The notes under the pieces are model-generated. The model did not search any database. It saw nothing but the letters and a program-made list of their open reading frames with translations, and was not told where the DNA came from. A program made the position numbers and the translations under genes. DNA of 24,906 nucleotides, from positions 1-24,906 of the forward strand of contig JAXMOL010000076.1 of assembly GCA_034669905.1 (NCBI GenBank). Reading direction: 5' to 3'. This stretch comes from Candidatus Hydrogenedentota bacterium (GTDB lineage Bacteria; Hydrogenedentota; Hydrogenedentia; Hydrogenedentales; JAEUWI01). Shown in pieces: positions 9,501 through 19,827 of this stretch (positions are counted from its first letter, which is position 1; each line of letters opens with the position of its first letter).

Positions 9501-9575
9501 GCGGGCCGTGCTGGCGGTCACACCCATGGGGAGGGCAGCCACCAGGGCGAGGGTGAGGAATCGCAGTTTCATCAT
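6531..9575 (-). CDS. PSD1 and planctomycete cytochrome c domain protein (PSCyt1 + DUF1549 + DUF1553)
   Basis: Signal peptide MMKLRFLTLALVAALPMG; haem motifs CVSCH and CAQCH; HWAFQP, NPIDAF, RRLYLDLLGLPP, YGERWGRHWLDLARYADS, NPLTARVAVNRVW, PTHPQLLDWLA, SNTPLQSLTLLND, NLDEFLTRE. The ORF-track start at 9806 is over-extended. Confidence 0.92.
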   Translation of the reverse strand: MMKLRFLTLALVAALPMGVTASTARYDTEVAPIFAAHCVSCHGPTKQKAGLRLDSPAGLRNGSDGGAVYLSGQPEESLLFQVVSGLHEKLTMPPKGDPLSEAEQGVLREWLAAGAELPETPEGAAGVESDHWAFQPVQRPELPALPEGAWGHNPIDAFTLARMREAGLHPNPEAEKTVLLRRLYLDLLGLPPEPAEVDAFLADESPDAYEKVVNRLLASPHYGERWGRHWLDLARYADSDGYEKDRPRPYAYRYRDWVINAINEDMPYDEFVVQQLAGDLLPGATLAQKTATGFHRNTLTNREGGIDPEEDRVKQAVDRANTTGAVFMGLTVACAQCHTHKYDPITQREYFGLYAFFDAALETDIPSPLPGEEAAYAAAVEKHNANVAAKETERAAYIAGLGEKLAAWEDGLTLPEEGWTVPAARSYSARGGSTFQALEDNSLLLTGEAPVADSYTVVLKTDNPATRALRLEVLTHPDLPQKGPGRSPNANFVLSEFRVFAAPADAPHDVTPVPIASATATYAQKDYPIENALDGDKGSGWAVGDGSKTSKNSTAEFLLAEPVGYASGTLFTIELAHHYGGFHTIGRFRLGLTGADPASIPFSDDVFAALKKAPDERSDADRAALLAAYGKDDETYRQLTAALAKAKDSAPAPIASVTMALANNPQPPVTRIHNRGDFLQPGAEVQPHTPAVLPPLKVRGDRPDRLDLAQWIVARENPLTARVAVNRVWEHLFGDGLARTSEDFGTRTEVPTHPQLLDWLAVSFMEDHHWRTKSLIKTILMSATYRQSSYLRDDIQQKDPTNRLLARQNRFRVEAEITRDLFLAASGLLTDSVGGPSVRPPVPEGVMNLGYANSIKWEESEGDDRYRRGLYIFFQRTVAYPMLMTFDCPDSNVSTLARNRSNTPLQSLTLLNDPVFVEAAQALAQRLLTTGPDTLEARVATAFKWCMGREPKAKELEMLVGLVQSQEATFAPLPEEAKTLVGPYLPESVSPATAAAHTVLARSIMNLDEFLTRE

Positions 9576-9695
9576 ATCAACCAGGGTTTCCACGCGTTGA
9601 ACAAGGTCTCCTATCACCCTAACACAGAAGGGCGTGCTGTTCCAGTGGTCCGCCGCCGGGCGAGGCCCGCTTGGCCCGGCGCCAAAGAAAAACAC

Positions 9696-9724
9696 TTGAC
9701 AAGAATGTGGAAACAAGTGATTAT
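9696..9724 (+). promoter_or_regulatory. Candidate sigma-70 promoter for the signalling pair
   Basis: TTGACA (9696-9701), 17-bp spacer, GATTAT (9719-9724), in an AT-rich divergent intergenic region. Confidence 0.45.
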
Positions 9725-9881
9725 ATGAAATGCCTCGGTTAGAACTGGAATAAACCTTAAACCATGGGGTATCCTTGAGCCGCAATAGAACCAAGATATA
9801 AACCAAGTCGGGCTACGGGGCGCGGCGTAGTGCCGGTTACACACTATCCCGGGGGAAAATGGGAAAGCACTTCGCATCTGC

Positions 9882-11528
9882 ATGAGTACTTCAAGCCACA
9901 TATTACTTGTCGACGACAATCTGCCAATCCTCCGCCTGTTGGAGGAAGTGCTTTCCGTATCTGGCCATAGCACCGAGTCCGCCTCCACGATCGCAGAGGC
10001 CCAATCCCTGCTGGAAAAGAGCACCTTCTGCTGCGCGCTCATTGATCTTGGGCTTCCAGACGGCAATGGACTCGACCTGCTGCCGGCTATCACATCCAAT
10101 CACCCCCTGCTGGTGCCCATTATTCTTACGGGCGATGGCCGCGCGGAAACGATTATCGAGACGATGCGTGCGGGTGCCTTCGATTTCCTGATCAAGCCCT
10201 TTGTGGCCGCCAACCTCCAGGCGGCCGTTAATCGTGCCGTGGACTACCACAATGTGCTGCGCGAACGAAACGAATTGATCCAACTGCTTTCCGAAGAACG
10301 CGAGCAGCTCAAGGCCCGCGTCGAGGAAGCCACCACGGATCTCCGTCAATATGCCAGCCATTGTGAATTGGTCAGTGCCCGGCTCCATTCCCTCGTGCGA
10401 TTGACCCAGGTCGCTTCCGAGCATTACACCGACGAACTCGTCTTTGAACGGATCGTGGAGGAGTTGGAGAAGTTTATCCCCCTCAAGTTCGTGGTCCTTC
10501 ACGCGACGACCAGCCTGGAATTCCTGTGCGCCCGCCGCGATCCCGATGGGCAGATACAGGTTATTGTGGTGGAGGGGGCGGAAAAGGCCCTTCCTAATGG
10601 CCAGTCCAATGGTGATATGGAGACCCGGCTGCGCGCGCTGGCGACCCACCACGCCGCCGTGGAAAGCGACGATGCGAAGATGTACCTCTATCCCCAGAGT
10701 TATTGGGGAAAGAATTCCTGCACGGTGGCCTTCCTGCTGGATGATGCCTTCGTGGTGGATGAGGATTGCGACCAGTTTCTGGGCATGTGTGCCCACTTTC
10801 TCGGTTTTGAATGGCAGGATGCCCGCCTCTCGCTCCATGCCACCCAGCAGGCGAGCCTGGGCAACATCGCCGTCGAAATCTCCAAGGGGCTGATTCAGGG
10901 ACTCACCGCAATACGAACCACCGCCGACTATGTGAGTGAAACGTCTGTCTCGACCGAGGCCATGGAAGGTCTCGACCGCATTCGGGGCAGCGTGGATAGT
11001 CTTCACAGCCGCATCAATGATTTCCGAATGCTTTCCCAGCCGCAGAAAGAGTCGGTGGCCACGGTTAATCTGACCGACTATCTCAACCAGGCGGTGGAAA
11101 TGCTGGGGAACGCGGTCCAGAATCGCAACATAACCATCGTCCGCCATTTTGAAGGCGAGAGTCCGTGTGTGCTCCTCAATGGCACCAGCGTCGCCCGCAC
11201 CGTGCTCGACCTTATATCCGCCACGATTCGCTCCGTGAAACTGGGTGGTGAAATCGCCCTGCGGGTCTCCGATGCGAAGCCCAATCACGTATTGGTGGAG
11301 ATCAGCCACGACATTGGCGCCTCCGAGTTGTTTGGGATTGAGCGGGATGAGCAGGCGCCCCAGGGCCCAGCCGTCGTGGAGAGTCACCCCCAGTTCATTC
11401 TGGCGCAGCGCACGCTGCAGCGCTGCGGGGGCCGTTTAATGCTACAATGCGAGAGTGAACTCCATCGGGCCTTTCATTTGATATTGCCCCGAAATCCGCT
11501 GGTGGAAATGAAGGAGTCAAAAGAATAA
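9882..11528 (+). CDS. Response regulator receiver fused to a coiled coil, a GAF-like region and a degenerate (pseudo) histidine kinase
   Basis: REC is intact: LLVDDN, IDLGLPDGNG, ILTG, FLIKPF. The C-terminal DHp/HATPase-like part (QASLGNIAVEISKGLIQGLTAI ... GGEIALRV ... VEISHDIG ... AQRTLQRCGGRL ... FHLILP) lacks the catalytic residues. Confidence 0.85.
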   Translation: MSTSSHILLVDDNLPILRLLEEVLSVSGHSTESASTIAEAQSLLEKSTFCCALIDLGLPDGNGLDLLPAITSNHPLLVPIILTGDGRAETIIETMRAGAFDFLIKPFVAANLQAAVNRAVDYHNVLRERNELIQLLSEEREQLKARVEEATTDLRQYASHCELVSARLHSLVRLTQVASEHYTDELVFERIVEELEKFIPLKFVVLHATTSLEFLCARRDPDGQIQVIVVEGAEKALPNGQSNGDMETRLRALATHHAAVESDDAKMYLYPQSYWGKNSCTVAFLLDDAFVVDEDCDQFLGMCAHFLGFEWQDARLSLHATQQASLGNIAVEISKGLIQGLTAIRTTADYVSETSVSTEAMEGLDRIRGSVDSLHSRINDFRMLSQPQKESVATVNLTDYLNQAVEMLGNAVQNRNITIVRHFEGESPCVLLNGTSVARTVLDLISATIRSVKLGGEIALRVSDAKPNHVLVEISHDIGASELFGIERDEQAPQGPAVVESHPQFILAQRTLQRCGGRLMLQCESELHRAFHLILPRNPLVEMKESKE

Positions 11529-11531
11529 CCC

Positions 11532-12923
11532 GTGAATAGAACTGCCGACATGCCGTTGACACAGCCTACCTCCAATGGGAAAGACTCCGGACAACGCCTC
11601 CTGGTGGTAGACACCGATCCCAGTGTGTGCTGGTCCCTCGAACGGGGACTTGCCCTCTCCGGGTATAGGGTGGTGTCTGTCAACAGTGCCTCCCAGGCCC
11701 TGACCCAGATCCGCGAAGAGCGATTTGCCGGGGTGCTCATGGAGATCATGCCGGAAGCCGGTCTGACGGTGGAAATCTTGTCGGAAATACTCGATCAGGA
11801 AGACCCCCCGAGTGTGGTGTGTGTCTCCATCGACGCCCCCCCACCCGTCGTGATCGATTGCATGCGCCGGGGCGCCACCGATTTCCTGGTGAAGCCATTC
11901 AGCCTCGCCGAAGTTCGTGCGGCGGTAGCCCGGGCCGTCGAGGTCGCCAAAGAGGCCCCCAAGAATTCTCTCGACGCCATCGAAGTGCCGCCGGATCAGG
12001 CTTCCTCCCTTCTCGTCGGCGTGAGCCAGCCCATGCAGGAGCTGCGCACCGTCATCAAGCAGGTGGCCCAGACCGACCTCAATTGCCTTATTCGTGGCCA
12101 GAGTGGTGCGGGCAAAGATGTCATCGCCCGGGAAATCCATCGCCTGTCCCGGCGTTCGGAAAAGCCCCTGATCAAGGTCAACTGCAGTGCCCTGCCCGAA
12201 CACTTGCTGGAAAGCGAATTGTTTGGCTATGAAAAGGGGGCCTTCACAGGTGCCATTACCGCCAAACCCGGTCGCTTCAGCCTGGCCGACAAAGGGGTCA
12301 TCTTTCTTGATGAGATCGGGGAAATGCACCCCAACCTGCAGGCCAAGCTCCTCCAGGTCATTGAACACAAGGAATTCACCAAGCTGGGGGGCCGCACGTC
12401 TATCAAAGTGGACGTTCAGATTATTGCGGCCACCAATGCCGATATTGACGCCATGACCAAAGATGGGCGCTTTCGCCAGGATCTCTATTTCCGGCTCAAT
12501 GAAGTCTGCATCTGGGCACCCGCGCTGAATACGCGTAAGGAAGACATTCCCCTGCTGGTAAAACACTTTGCCAACAAATACAGCAGCTTCGCCGGGGACC
12601 GACCCTTCAATATCACCGGGGAAGAGCTCACCGAGCTGGCCAACCGGGACTGGAATGGCAACGTGCGCGAGCTGGAAAGCACGATCAAGCGTTGGCTCGT
12701 TCTGGGCAAGGCCAACCTCGCCGGACCGCCTGTGCAGAAACCGGCACCTGCGGCCGCCGCCCCGGCAAGTCCACCACCGAAGCGCGATTTCACCCCGGAC
12801 GAAATCAGGATGGCCTTGGAACAGAATCAGTGGAATCGCCGTAAAGCGGCGGAGTCATTGAATATCAGCTACCAGGCCCTGCGCCGTCGCATCGAGAAGC
12901 ACAAGCTCGACCAGCCCCGTTGA
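11532..12923 (+). CDS. Sigma-54-dependent transcriptional activator (NtrC/Fis family) with atypical receiver
   Basis: Walker A GQSGAGKD, VNCSAL, ESELFGYEKGAFTGA, Walker B FLDEIGE, RQDLYFRLN, WNGNVREL and a Fis-type HTH (WNRRKAAESLNISYQALRRRI). Start is GTG 11532 or ATG 11550. Confidence 0.93.
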   Translation: MNRTADMPLTQPTSNGKDSGQRLLVVDTDPSVCWSLERGLALSGYRVVSVNSASQALTQIREERFAGVLMEIMPEAGLTVEILSEILDQEDPPSVVCVSIDAPPPVVIDCMRRGATDFLVKPFSLAEVRAAVARAVEVAKEAPKNSLDAIEVPPDQASSLLVGVSQPMQELRTVIKQVAQTDLNCLIRGQSGAGKDVIAREIHRLSRRSEKPLIKVNCSALPEHLLESELFGYEKGAFTGAITAKPGRFSLADKGVIFLDEIGEMHPNLQAKLLQVIEHKEFTKLGGRTSIKVDVQIIAATNADIDAMTKDGRFRQDLYFRLNEVCIWAPALNTRKEDIPLLVKHFANKYSSFAGDRPFNITGEELTELANRDWNGNVRELESTIKRWLVLGKANLAGPPVQKPAPAAAAPASPPPKRDFTPDEIRMALEQNQWNRRKAAESLNISYQALRRRIEKHKLDQPR

Positions 12924-12945
12924 GCCCCGCCCCCCACACCGACCA

Positions 12946-13662
12946 TCACCCCGACACCAGGGCATCCTGAATCTCTTTCACTGCATTGTCGAGCCCGATA
13001 AACAGGGCACGGGCGATGATGTCGTGGCCGATATTGACCTCCCGCAGTCCGGGCAGCGCCACGATGGGCGCCAGATTCTGTGCGGTCAGCCCATGGCCCG
13101 CGTGAAAGGCCAGGGGCGTCTCCGCGATGTGCAACGCCGCCGTTTCCAGGCGCTTCAACTCCGCGGCAACTTCGGCACCCTGCGCGTTGGCGTAGGCACC
13201 GGTATGTAACTCCACGTAGTCTGCGCCGGTGGCCAGGCTGGCATCAATCTGTGCCACTTCGGGGTCGATAAACATGCTGACGTGAATGCCCTGGGCGTGC
13301 ATGCCCGAGACTACCTCCGTGAGCCACGCCTGCTGGCCGGCCACGTCCAACCCGCCTTCGGTGGTGATTTCTTCCCGGTTCTCCGGCACCAGGCACACCG
13401 TCGCCGGTTTGACCTGGTGGGCAATGGCGATCATCTCGTCGACGGCGGCCATTTCAAAATTCATTCGCACCTGAAGAGACTCGGCGAGGCCGTAGATATC
13501 CCGATCCTGAATGTGGCGGCGATCCTGCCGCAGGTGGACGGTTATCTGGTGGGCACCGGCGCGCTCGCAGACGGCAGCCGCCTCCAACACCGACGGAACG
13601 GCCCCTTTGCGGGCCTCCCGCAAGGTCGCCACGTGGTCAATATTCACGCCCAATTCAATCAC
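12946..13662 (-). CDS. pdxJ: Pyridoxine 5'-phosphate synthase
   Basis: LGVNIDHVATLREAR, ITVHLRQDRRHI, CLVPENREEITTEGGLDV, VELHTG, AGHGL, EVNIGH. Confidence 0.97.
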   Translation of the reverse strand: MIELGVNIDHVATLREARKGAVPSVLEAAAVCERAGAHQITVHLRQDRRHIQDRDIYGLAESLQVRMNFEMAAVDEMIAIAHQVKPATVCLVPENREEITTEGGLDVAGQQAWLTEVVSGMHAQGIHVSMFIDPEVAQIDASLATGADYVELHTGAYANAQGAEVAAELKRLETAALHIAETPLAFHAGHGLTAQNLAPIVALPGLREVNIGHDIIARALFIGLDNAVKEIQDALVSG

Positions 13663-13786
13663 GGAAACACCCTTTCAACCGCCGAAGCCTGTCACGTATC
13701 CTCTACGCCATGACACACCCGGCCCAATCATTCTACAAGAAAACAGGAGGATACCTCTCCCGTAGCCTATGCGCACCCATCAAGGG

Positions 13787-15130
13787 CTACAGGGCAGCGA
13801 CCTTTTCGGCCAATTGTTTTGTCAGGGTCCGGGCCGCCCGGGCATCCTGGTGTTGCACCATGACGCGCACAATGGGCTCTGTACCGGAGGGGCGAATGAC
13901 AACCCGCCCTTTGCCTTCGATTTCTTCGCGAATCTCGTCGACCAGGGCATCGAGGACTTCCTGCGCCGGCTTGGGCTTGTTGCCGAGGGGCACTTTCTGG
14001 TGGCTCTCGGGCATCTCCTGATACGCATGGGCCAGGCTGGCAAGGGATTGTTCCTTGCGGATAATAATCGCCAACACCTGCAACGCCGCGATAATGGCGT
14101 CACCGGTAGTGTTGTGCTCGAGAATAATCATGTGGCCGGAACTCTCGCCGCCCACGATCAGCCCCTGATCGCGCATGGCCTCCACGACGTAGCGGTCGCC
14201 CACCTGGGTATGGACCACCTTACCGCCATAGGGCTCGAGGGCCCGTGCCAGGCCGCCATTGGCCATAATGGTGGTCACGAGGGTGTTGTGCGGCAGGGCT
14301 TCACGCTCAAGGTAGTCAATACCAAGAATCGCCAGCAGGGCATTGCCATCCAACAGGCGGCCGTTACCATCGGCCATCACCAGGCGGTCCCCGTCCCCGT
14401 CAAAGGCGATACCCAAATCGGCGCGCTCGCGAATCACCATGGCGCGCATCTCTTCCGGATGGACCGAGCCCACCCCCTCGTTGATGTTCATGCCATCGGG
14501 GTCGTTGCCCAGGGCGATCACCTTGGCACCCAGCTCCCGAAGGGTGTTGGGCCCCGCCTTGTAGGTGGCCCCATTGGAACAGTCCACGACGATTTTCATG
14601 CCGTCGAGGCGCATACCCTTGGGGAACGAGGCCTTCACAAATTCGATATAGCGGCCTACGGCATCGTCAATACGGCGGGCGATGCCGATATCGGTGCCCG
14701 TCGGGGGATTGTCATCCACTTTGCCCGAGCGAATGAGCTTTTCAATTTCGTCTTCCACTTCGTCGGCAATTTTATAGCCATCCCGCCCGAAGAGTTTGAT
14801 GCCATTATCGGCATAGTCATTGTGGGAGGCCGAGATCATGATGGCCCCGTCGCAGCGCAGACTGCGCATGATGTAGGAGACACCGGGCGTAGGCAAGGGG
14901 CCGGTGAGGAGCACATTGATGCCCACGGAGCAAAGGCCTGCGGTCAGGGCGTTTTCCAGCATATAGCAGGAGCGACGGGTATCTTTGCCGATGAGAATCG
15001 TGTGGCGGCCACTGCCATTGCGAAAGAGGCGGCCTGCAGCGCGCCCGACCTGCAAGGCCATTTCTGCGGTCATCGGGTGAATATTGGCTTTTCCCCGAAT
15101 GCCATCCGTGCCGAAAAGGCGCTCTCCCAT
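13787..15130 (-). CDS. glmM: Phosphoglucosamine mutase
   Basis: LFGTDGIRG, IGKDTRRS, ISASHN (phosphoserine), DGDGDR, VGDRYV, GGESSGH, RPSGTEP. ATG 15130 has AAGGAG upstream. Confidence 0.96.
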   Translation of the reverse strand: MGERLFGTDGIRGKANIHPMTAEMALQVGRAAGRLFRNGSGRHTILIGKDTRRSCYMLENALTAGLCSVGINVLLTGPLPTPGVSYIMRSLRCDGAIMISASHNDYADNGIKLFGRDGYKIADEVEDEIEKLIRSGKVDDNPPTGTDIGIARRIDDAVGRYIEFVKASFPKGMRLDGMKIVVDCSNGATYKAGPNTLRELGAKVIALGNDPDGMNINEGVGSVHPEEMRAMVIRERADLGIAFDGDGDRLVMADGNGRLLDGNALLAILGIDYLEREALPHNTLVTTIMANGGLARALEPYGGKVVHTQVGDRYVVEAMRDQGLIVGGESSGHMIILEHNTTGDAIIAALQVLAIIIRKEQSLASLAHAYQEMPESHQKVPLGNKPKPAQEVLDALVDEIREEIEGKGRVVIRPSGTEPIVRVMVQHQDARAARTLTKQLAEKVAAL

Positions 15131-15241
15131 CCTACTCTCCTTTGTTCTGCGTTCGTTGCGCACACCGGGCGAATACGCCGGGATGCTACATAAAATCATT
15201 CAGGTGCCGGGGCGCGTCAATGCTTCGCCTCAAGCGCCACC

Positions 15242-16102
15242 TTATTCCGTCGGCCCGTGGAGAATCGCTTCGGTCATCCGAACGACCCGCGCCATGGCCC
15301 GCACATCGTGAACCCGCACGCATTGCACACCATGCAGCACGGACGCGGCCACCGTCGCGGCAGTCCCTTCCGTGCGGTCCTGCACGTCTACCGTCAAGAC
15401 GGCCCCAATGGTCGATTTATTCGACGTGCCGATGAGCACGGGCAATTCAAACTGCTGAAATGTGGCCAGTTCCCGCAATACGGTGAGATTATGCGCCACC
15501 GATTTGCCAAAACCAAATCCCGGGTCGAGCCAGATCTGCTCCCGGGCCATGCCGGCCGCCAGCGCAGCATCAATACGTTCCTCAAAAAAAGCCATAATCT
15601 CCGACACCACATCCCCATAGGCCGGTGCCTGCTGCATGGTCTGGGGCGTGCCCTGCATGTGCATCAATACACAGGGGCATCCCGCCGCGGCCATACACCC
15701 GGCCATGTCCGGGTCGTGTCGCAGGGCACTGATGTCGTTGATGAGGGTAGCGCCAACTTCCAGCGCCCGCCGTGCCGTGGACGCATGGTACGTGTCCACC
15801 GAGATGGGCACGGGCGCATCCTGCAGCATTTCCAGGACCGGCACCAGCCGCAACCACTCCTCCTCTTCGCTGAGGGGAGCCGCGCCGGGACGGGAGGATT
15901 CGGCCCCCAGGTCGAGCACGTCCGCGCCTTCTTCAATCAGTCGGTGGGCATGGTCTACCGCGCGCTGGGGCGTATCAAACTGGCCCCCGTCAAAAAAGGA
16001 GTCGGGCGTCAGGTTCACCACCCCCATCACCAGCACACGTTTCCGCGCACGCACCGGGGCGGCATACCAGGGACGGTAGTGTGCCATCGGATCATCCATC
16101 AT
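15242..16102 (-). CDS. folP: Dihydropteroate synthase
   Basis: MGVVNLTPDSF, GAESSRPG, ISVDT, INDIS, LMHMQGTP, LDPGFGFGK, VRVHDV; conserved ftsH-folP-glmM synteny. Confidence 0.95.
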   Translation of the reverse strand: MMDDPMAHYRPWYAAPVRARKRVLVMGVVNLTPDSFFDGGQFDTPQRAVDHAHRLIEEGADVLDLGAESSRPGAAPLSEEEEWLRLVPVLEMLQDAPVPISVDTYHASTARRALEVGATLINDISALRHDPDMAGCMAAAGCPCVLMHMQGTPQTMQQAPAYGDVVSEIMAFFEERIDAALAAGMAREQIWLDPGFGFGKSVAHNLTVLRELATFQQFELPVLIGTSNKSTIGAVLTVDVQDRTEGTAATVAASVLHGVQCVRVHDVRAMARVVRMTEAILHGPTE

Positions 16103-16143
16103 GCCGAGCCATTCTCCCGCAACGGGTATAGGAGCATTCAGAC

Positions 16144-18132
<1,989 letters not shown>

Positions 18133-18285
18133 GAGTAAGCAATGTACCTTATCTTAGTCACGCGATTCTTGAACGGGGCGCGGGACGAAAACACCAGCGC
18201 GGAGTCGCTTGCAGCGGCAAGGGTTTGCACGCTTGCCAATGGCAGCTACCCCTTGGATATGACCTCATACTCGAAGCCAATTGTG

Positions 18286-18314
18286 ATCATACCATAGGCG
18301 CATAGAGCATACAA
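18286..18314 (-). promoter_or_regulatory. Candidate sigma-70 promoter for the ftsH cluster
   Basis: Minus strand TTGTAT, 17-bp spacer, TATGAT preceded by TGG (extended -10). Confidence 0.5.
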
Positions 18315-18342
18315 TTTAGCAAAACAGCCACAAATCGGTGTT

Positions 18343-18372
18343 TTGCGTCGCCACCGTGCAACGCGGTATGAT
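18343..18372 (+). promoter_or_regulatory. Candidate sigma-70 promoter for the MFS gene
   Basis: TTGCGT (18343), 18-bp spacer, TATGAT (18367). Confidence 0.4.
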
Positions 18373-18436
18373 TCGGGGTACCGGGGGGAACGTGTCGTAC
18401 CCCTATTGACCTGCCTCAGTCAGCCACGATTGTACC

Positions 18437-19807
18437 ATGACCCACTATTCCCCTGAAAAGACGGCCGCGACGGCCACGCCCTCCCGATCGGTCCTTAAAA
18501 TCGTCTTTTTGACGCTCTTTGTGGACCTCATCGGGTTTTCCATCATTTTTCCCCTCTTCCCCGCCATGTTGGAGTACTACAGCGCCCAGGATCCGCAAAG
18601 CGGCCTCTTTGCGGCGTTCTACAACGCCCTTCATTCCGTCACCCTGTCCCTCGGGATTGCCGAAAGCCACTGGGGTATCATCGTGCTTTTCGGGGGTCTT
18701 CTGGGTTCCCTGTATTCCCTCCTCCAGTTCATCGGAACCCCTATCTTCGGGGCCATCTCTGACCGTGTCGGGCGGAAACCGGTCCTCTTGTTTTCGCTCG
18801 TGGGCATCCTGATCTCCTATATCCTGTGGTTTTTCGCCGATAGTTTCGCCCTTCTCGTCTTGGCCCGCTTCCTGGGCGGCATCATGAGCGCCAATATCAG
18901 CACGGCCACCGCCATTGTGGCCGATGTCACGGAGGCAAAAGACCGCTCCAAGGGAATGGCCCTCGTGGGGATTGCCTTTGGCCTCGGCTTTATCCTGGGA
19001 CCGGCACTGGGTGGCCTGACGTCCCTCGTCGACCTGACCGCACACTACCCGGCCCTCGCCGCCTGGGGTGTCAACCCCTTCTCCATGCCGGCGGCGGTCG
19101 CCATGGTGCTCACGGCCTTCAATCTGGCCTACGTCTTCTTCAAGCTCCCGGAAACCCGCAATTTCGAGGCCGCCGAAGGAACGACGCGGACCAACAACCC
19201 CTTCGCCCTCCTGCGGACGGAGGCGTTCCCGGGCGTCACCCGCACCAACCTCACCTACTTCCTCTTCCTCCTGGCCTTTTCCGGCATGGAATTCTCGCTT
19301 ACCTTCCTGGCCCACGACCGCCTGGACTACAGTACGGGACAAAATGCCCTGATGTTTCTCTTTGTGGGCTTTATTCTGGCCGCCATGCAGGGCGGCTATG
19401 TGCGCCGCAAGTCATCGACCATTGGCCCCCGGCGCATGACCCTCCATGGCCTGTCCATGGTCGTGCCCGCCCTTATCCTGGTGGGAATGGCCGGCTACTG
19501 GCGCAGCAGCCTCATCCTCTACATCGGCTTGTTTCTCCTGGCGGCCGGTTCCGCCCAGGCCACCCCCTGCCTCACCGCCCTGGTCAGTCTATACACCCCG
19601 GCGGAAGAACAGGGGCGCGTCCTCGGCATTTTCCGTTCTCTTGGTGCATTGGCCCGGGCGATTGGCCCCCTCTTCGCCGCCGCACTCTACTGGTGGATCG
19701 GACCGACCATCGCCTACGTCCTGGGTGGCCTCTTTGTCCTGGTCCCCCTGACCATGGCCCTGCGCCTCCCCCGTAACGACATGTCCACCTCCGGCGAAAC
19801 GGCGTAG
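18437..19807 (+). CDS. MFS transporter, TetA-like DHA1 / MFSD10-like
   Basis: About 12 TM segments; TM1 Asp (FVDLIG), motif A GAISDRVGRKPV, motif B LARFLGG, motif C GFILGPALGG, LPET. Confidence 0.92.
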   Translation: MTHYSPEKTAATATPSRSVLKIVFLTLFVDLIGFSIIFPLFPAMLEYYSAQDPQSGLFAAFYNALHSVTLSLGIAESHWGIIVLFGGLLGSLYSLLQFIGTPIFGAISDRVGRKPVLLFSLVGILISYILWFFADSFALLVLARFLGGIMSANISTATAIVADVTEAKDRSKGMALVGIAFGLGFILGPALGGLTSLVDLTAHYPALAAWGVNPFSMPAAVAMVLTAFNLAYVFFKLPETRNFEAAEGTTRTNNPFALLRTEAFPGVTRTNLTYFLFLLAFSGMEFSLTFLAHDRLDYSTGQNALMFLFVGFILAAMQGGYVRRKSSTIGPRRMTLHGLSMVVPALILVGMAGYWRSSLILYIGLFLLAAGSAQATPCLTALVSLYTPAEEQGRVLGIFRSLGALARAIGPLFAAALYWWIGPTIAYVLGGLFVLVPLTMALRLPRNDMSTSGETA

Positions 19808-19827
19808 CGGTTTCTGAAAAAAGGGGT

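Noticed and set aside
9784..9806. AACCAAG direct repeat 12 bp apart as a regulator-binding site
   Set aside because: It is too short and has only two copies in AT-rich DNA, so it cannot be distinguished from chance.
18215..18240. Possible sigma-54 promoter upstream of ftsH/MFS (CGGCAAGGGTTTGCA); also TGGCAC at 1375
   Set aside because: The GG-to-GC spacing is 9 rather than 10 in the first case, and there is no GC at -12 in the second.
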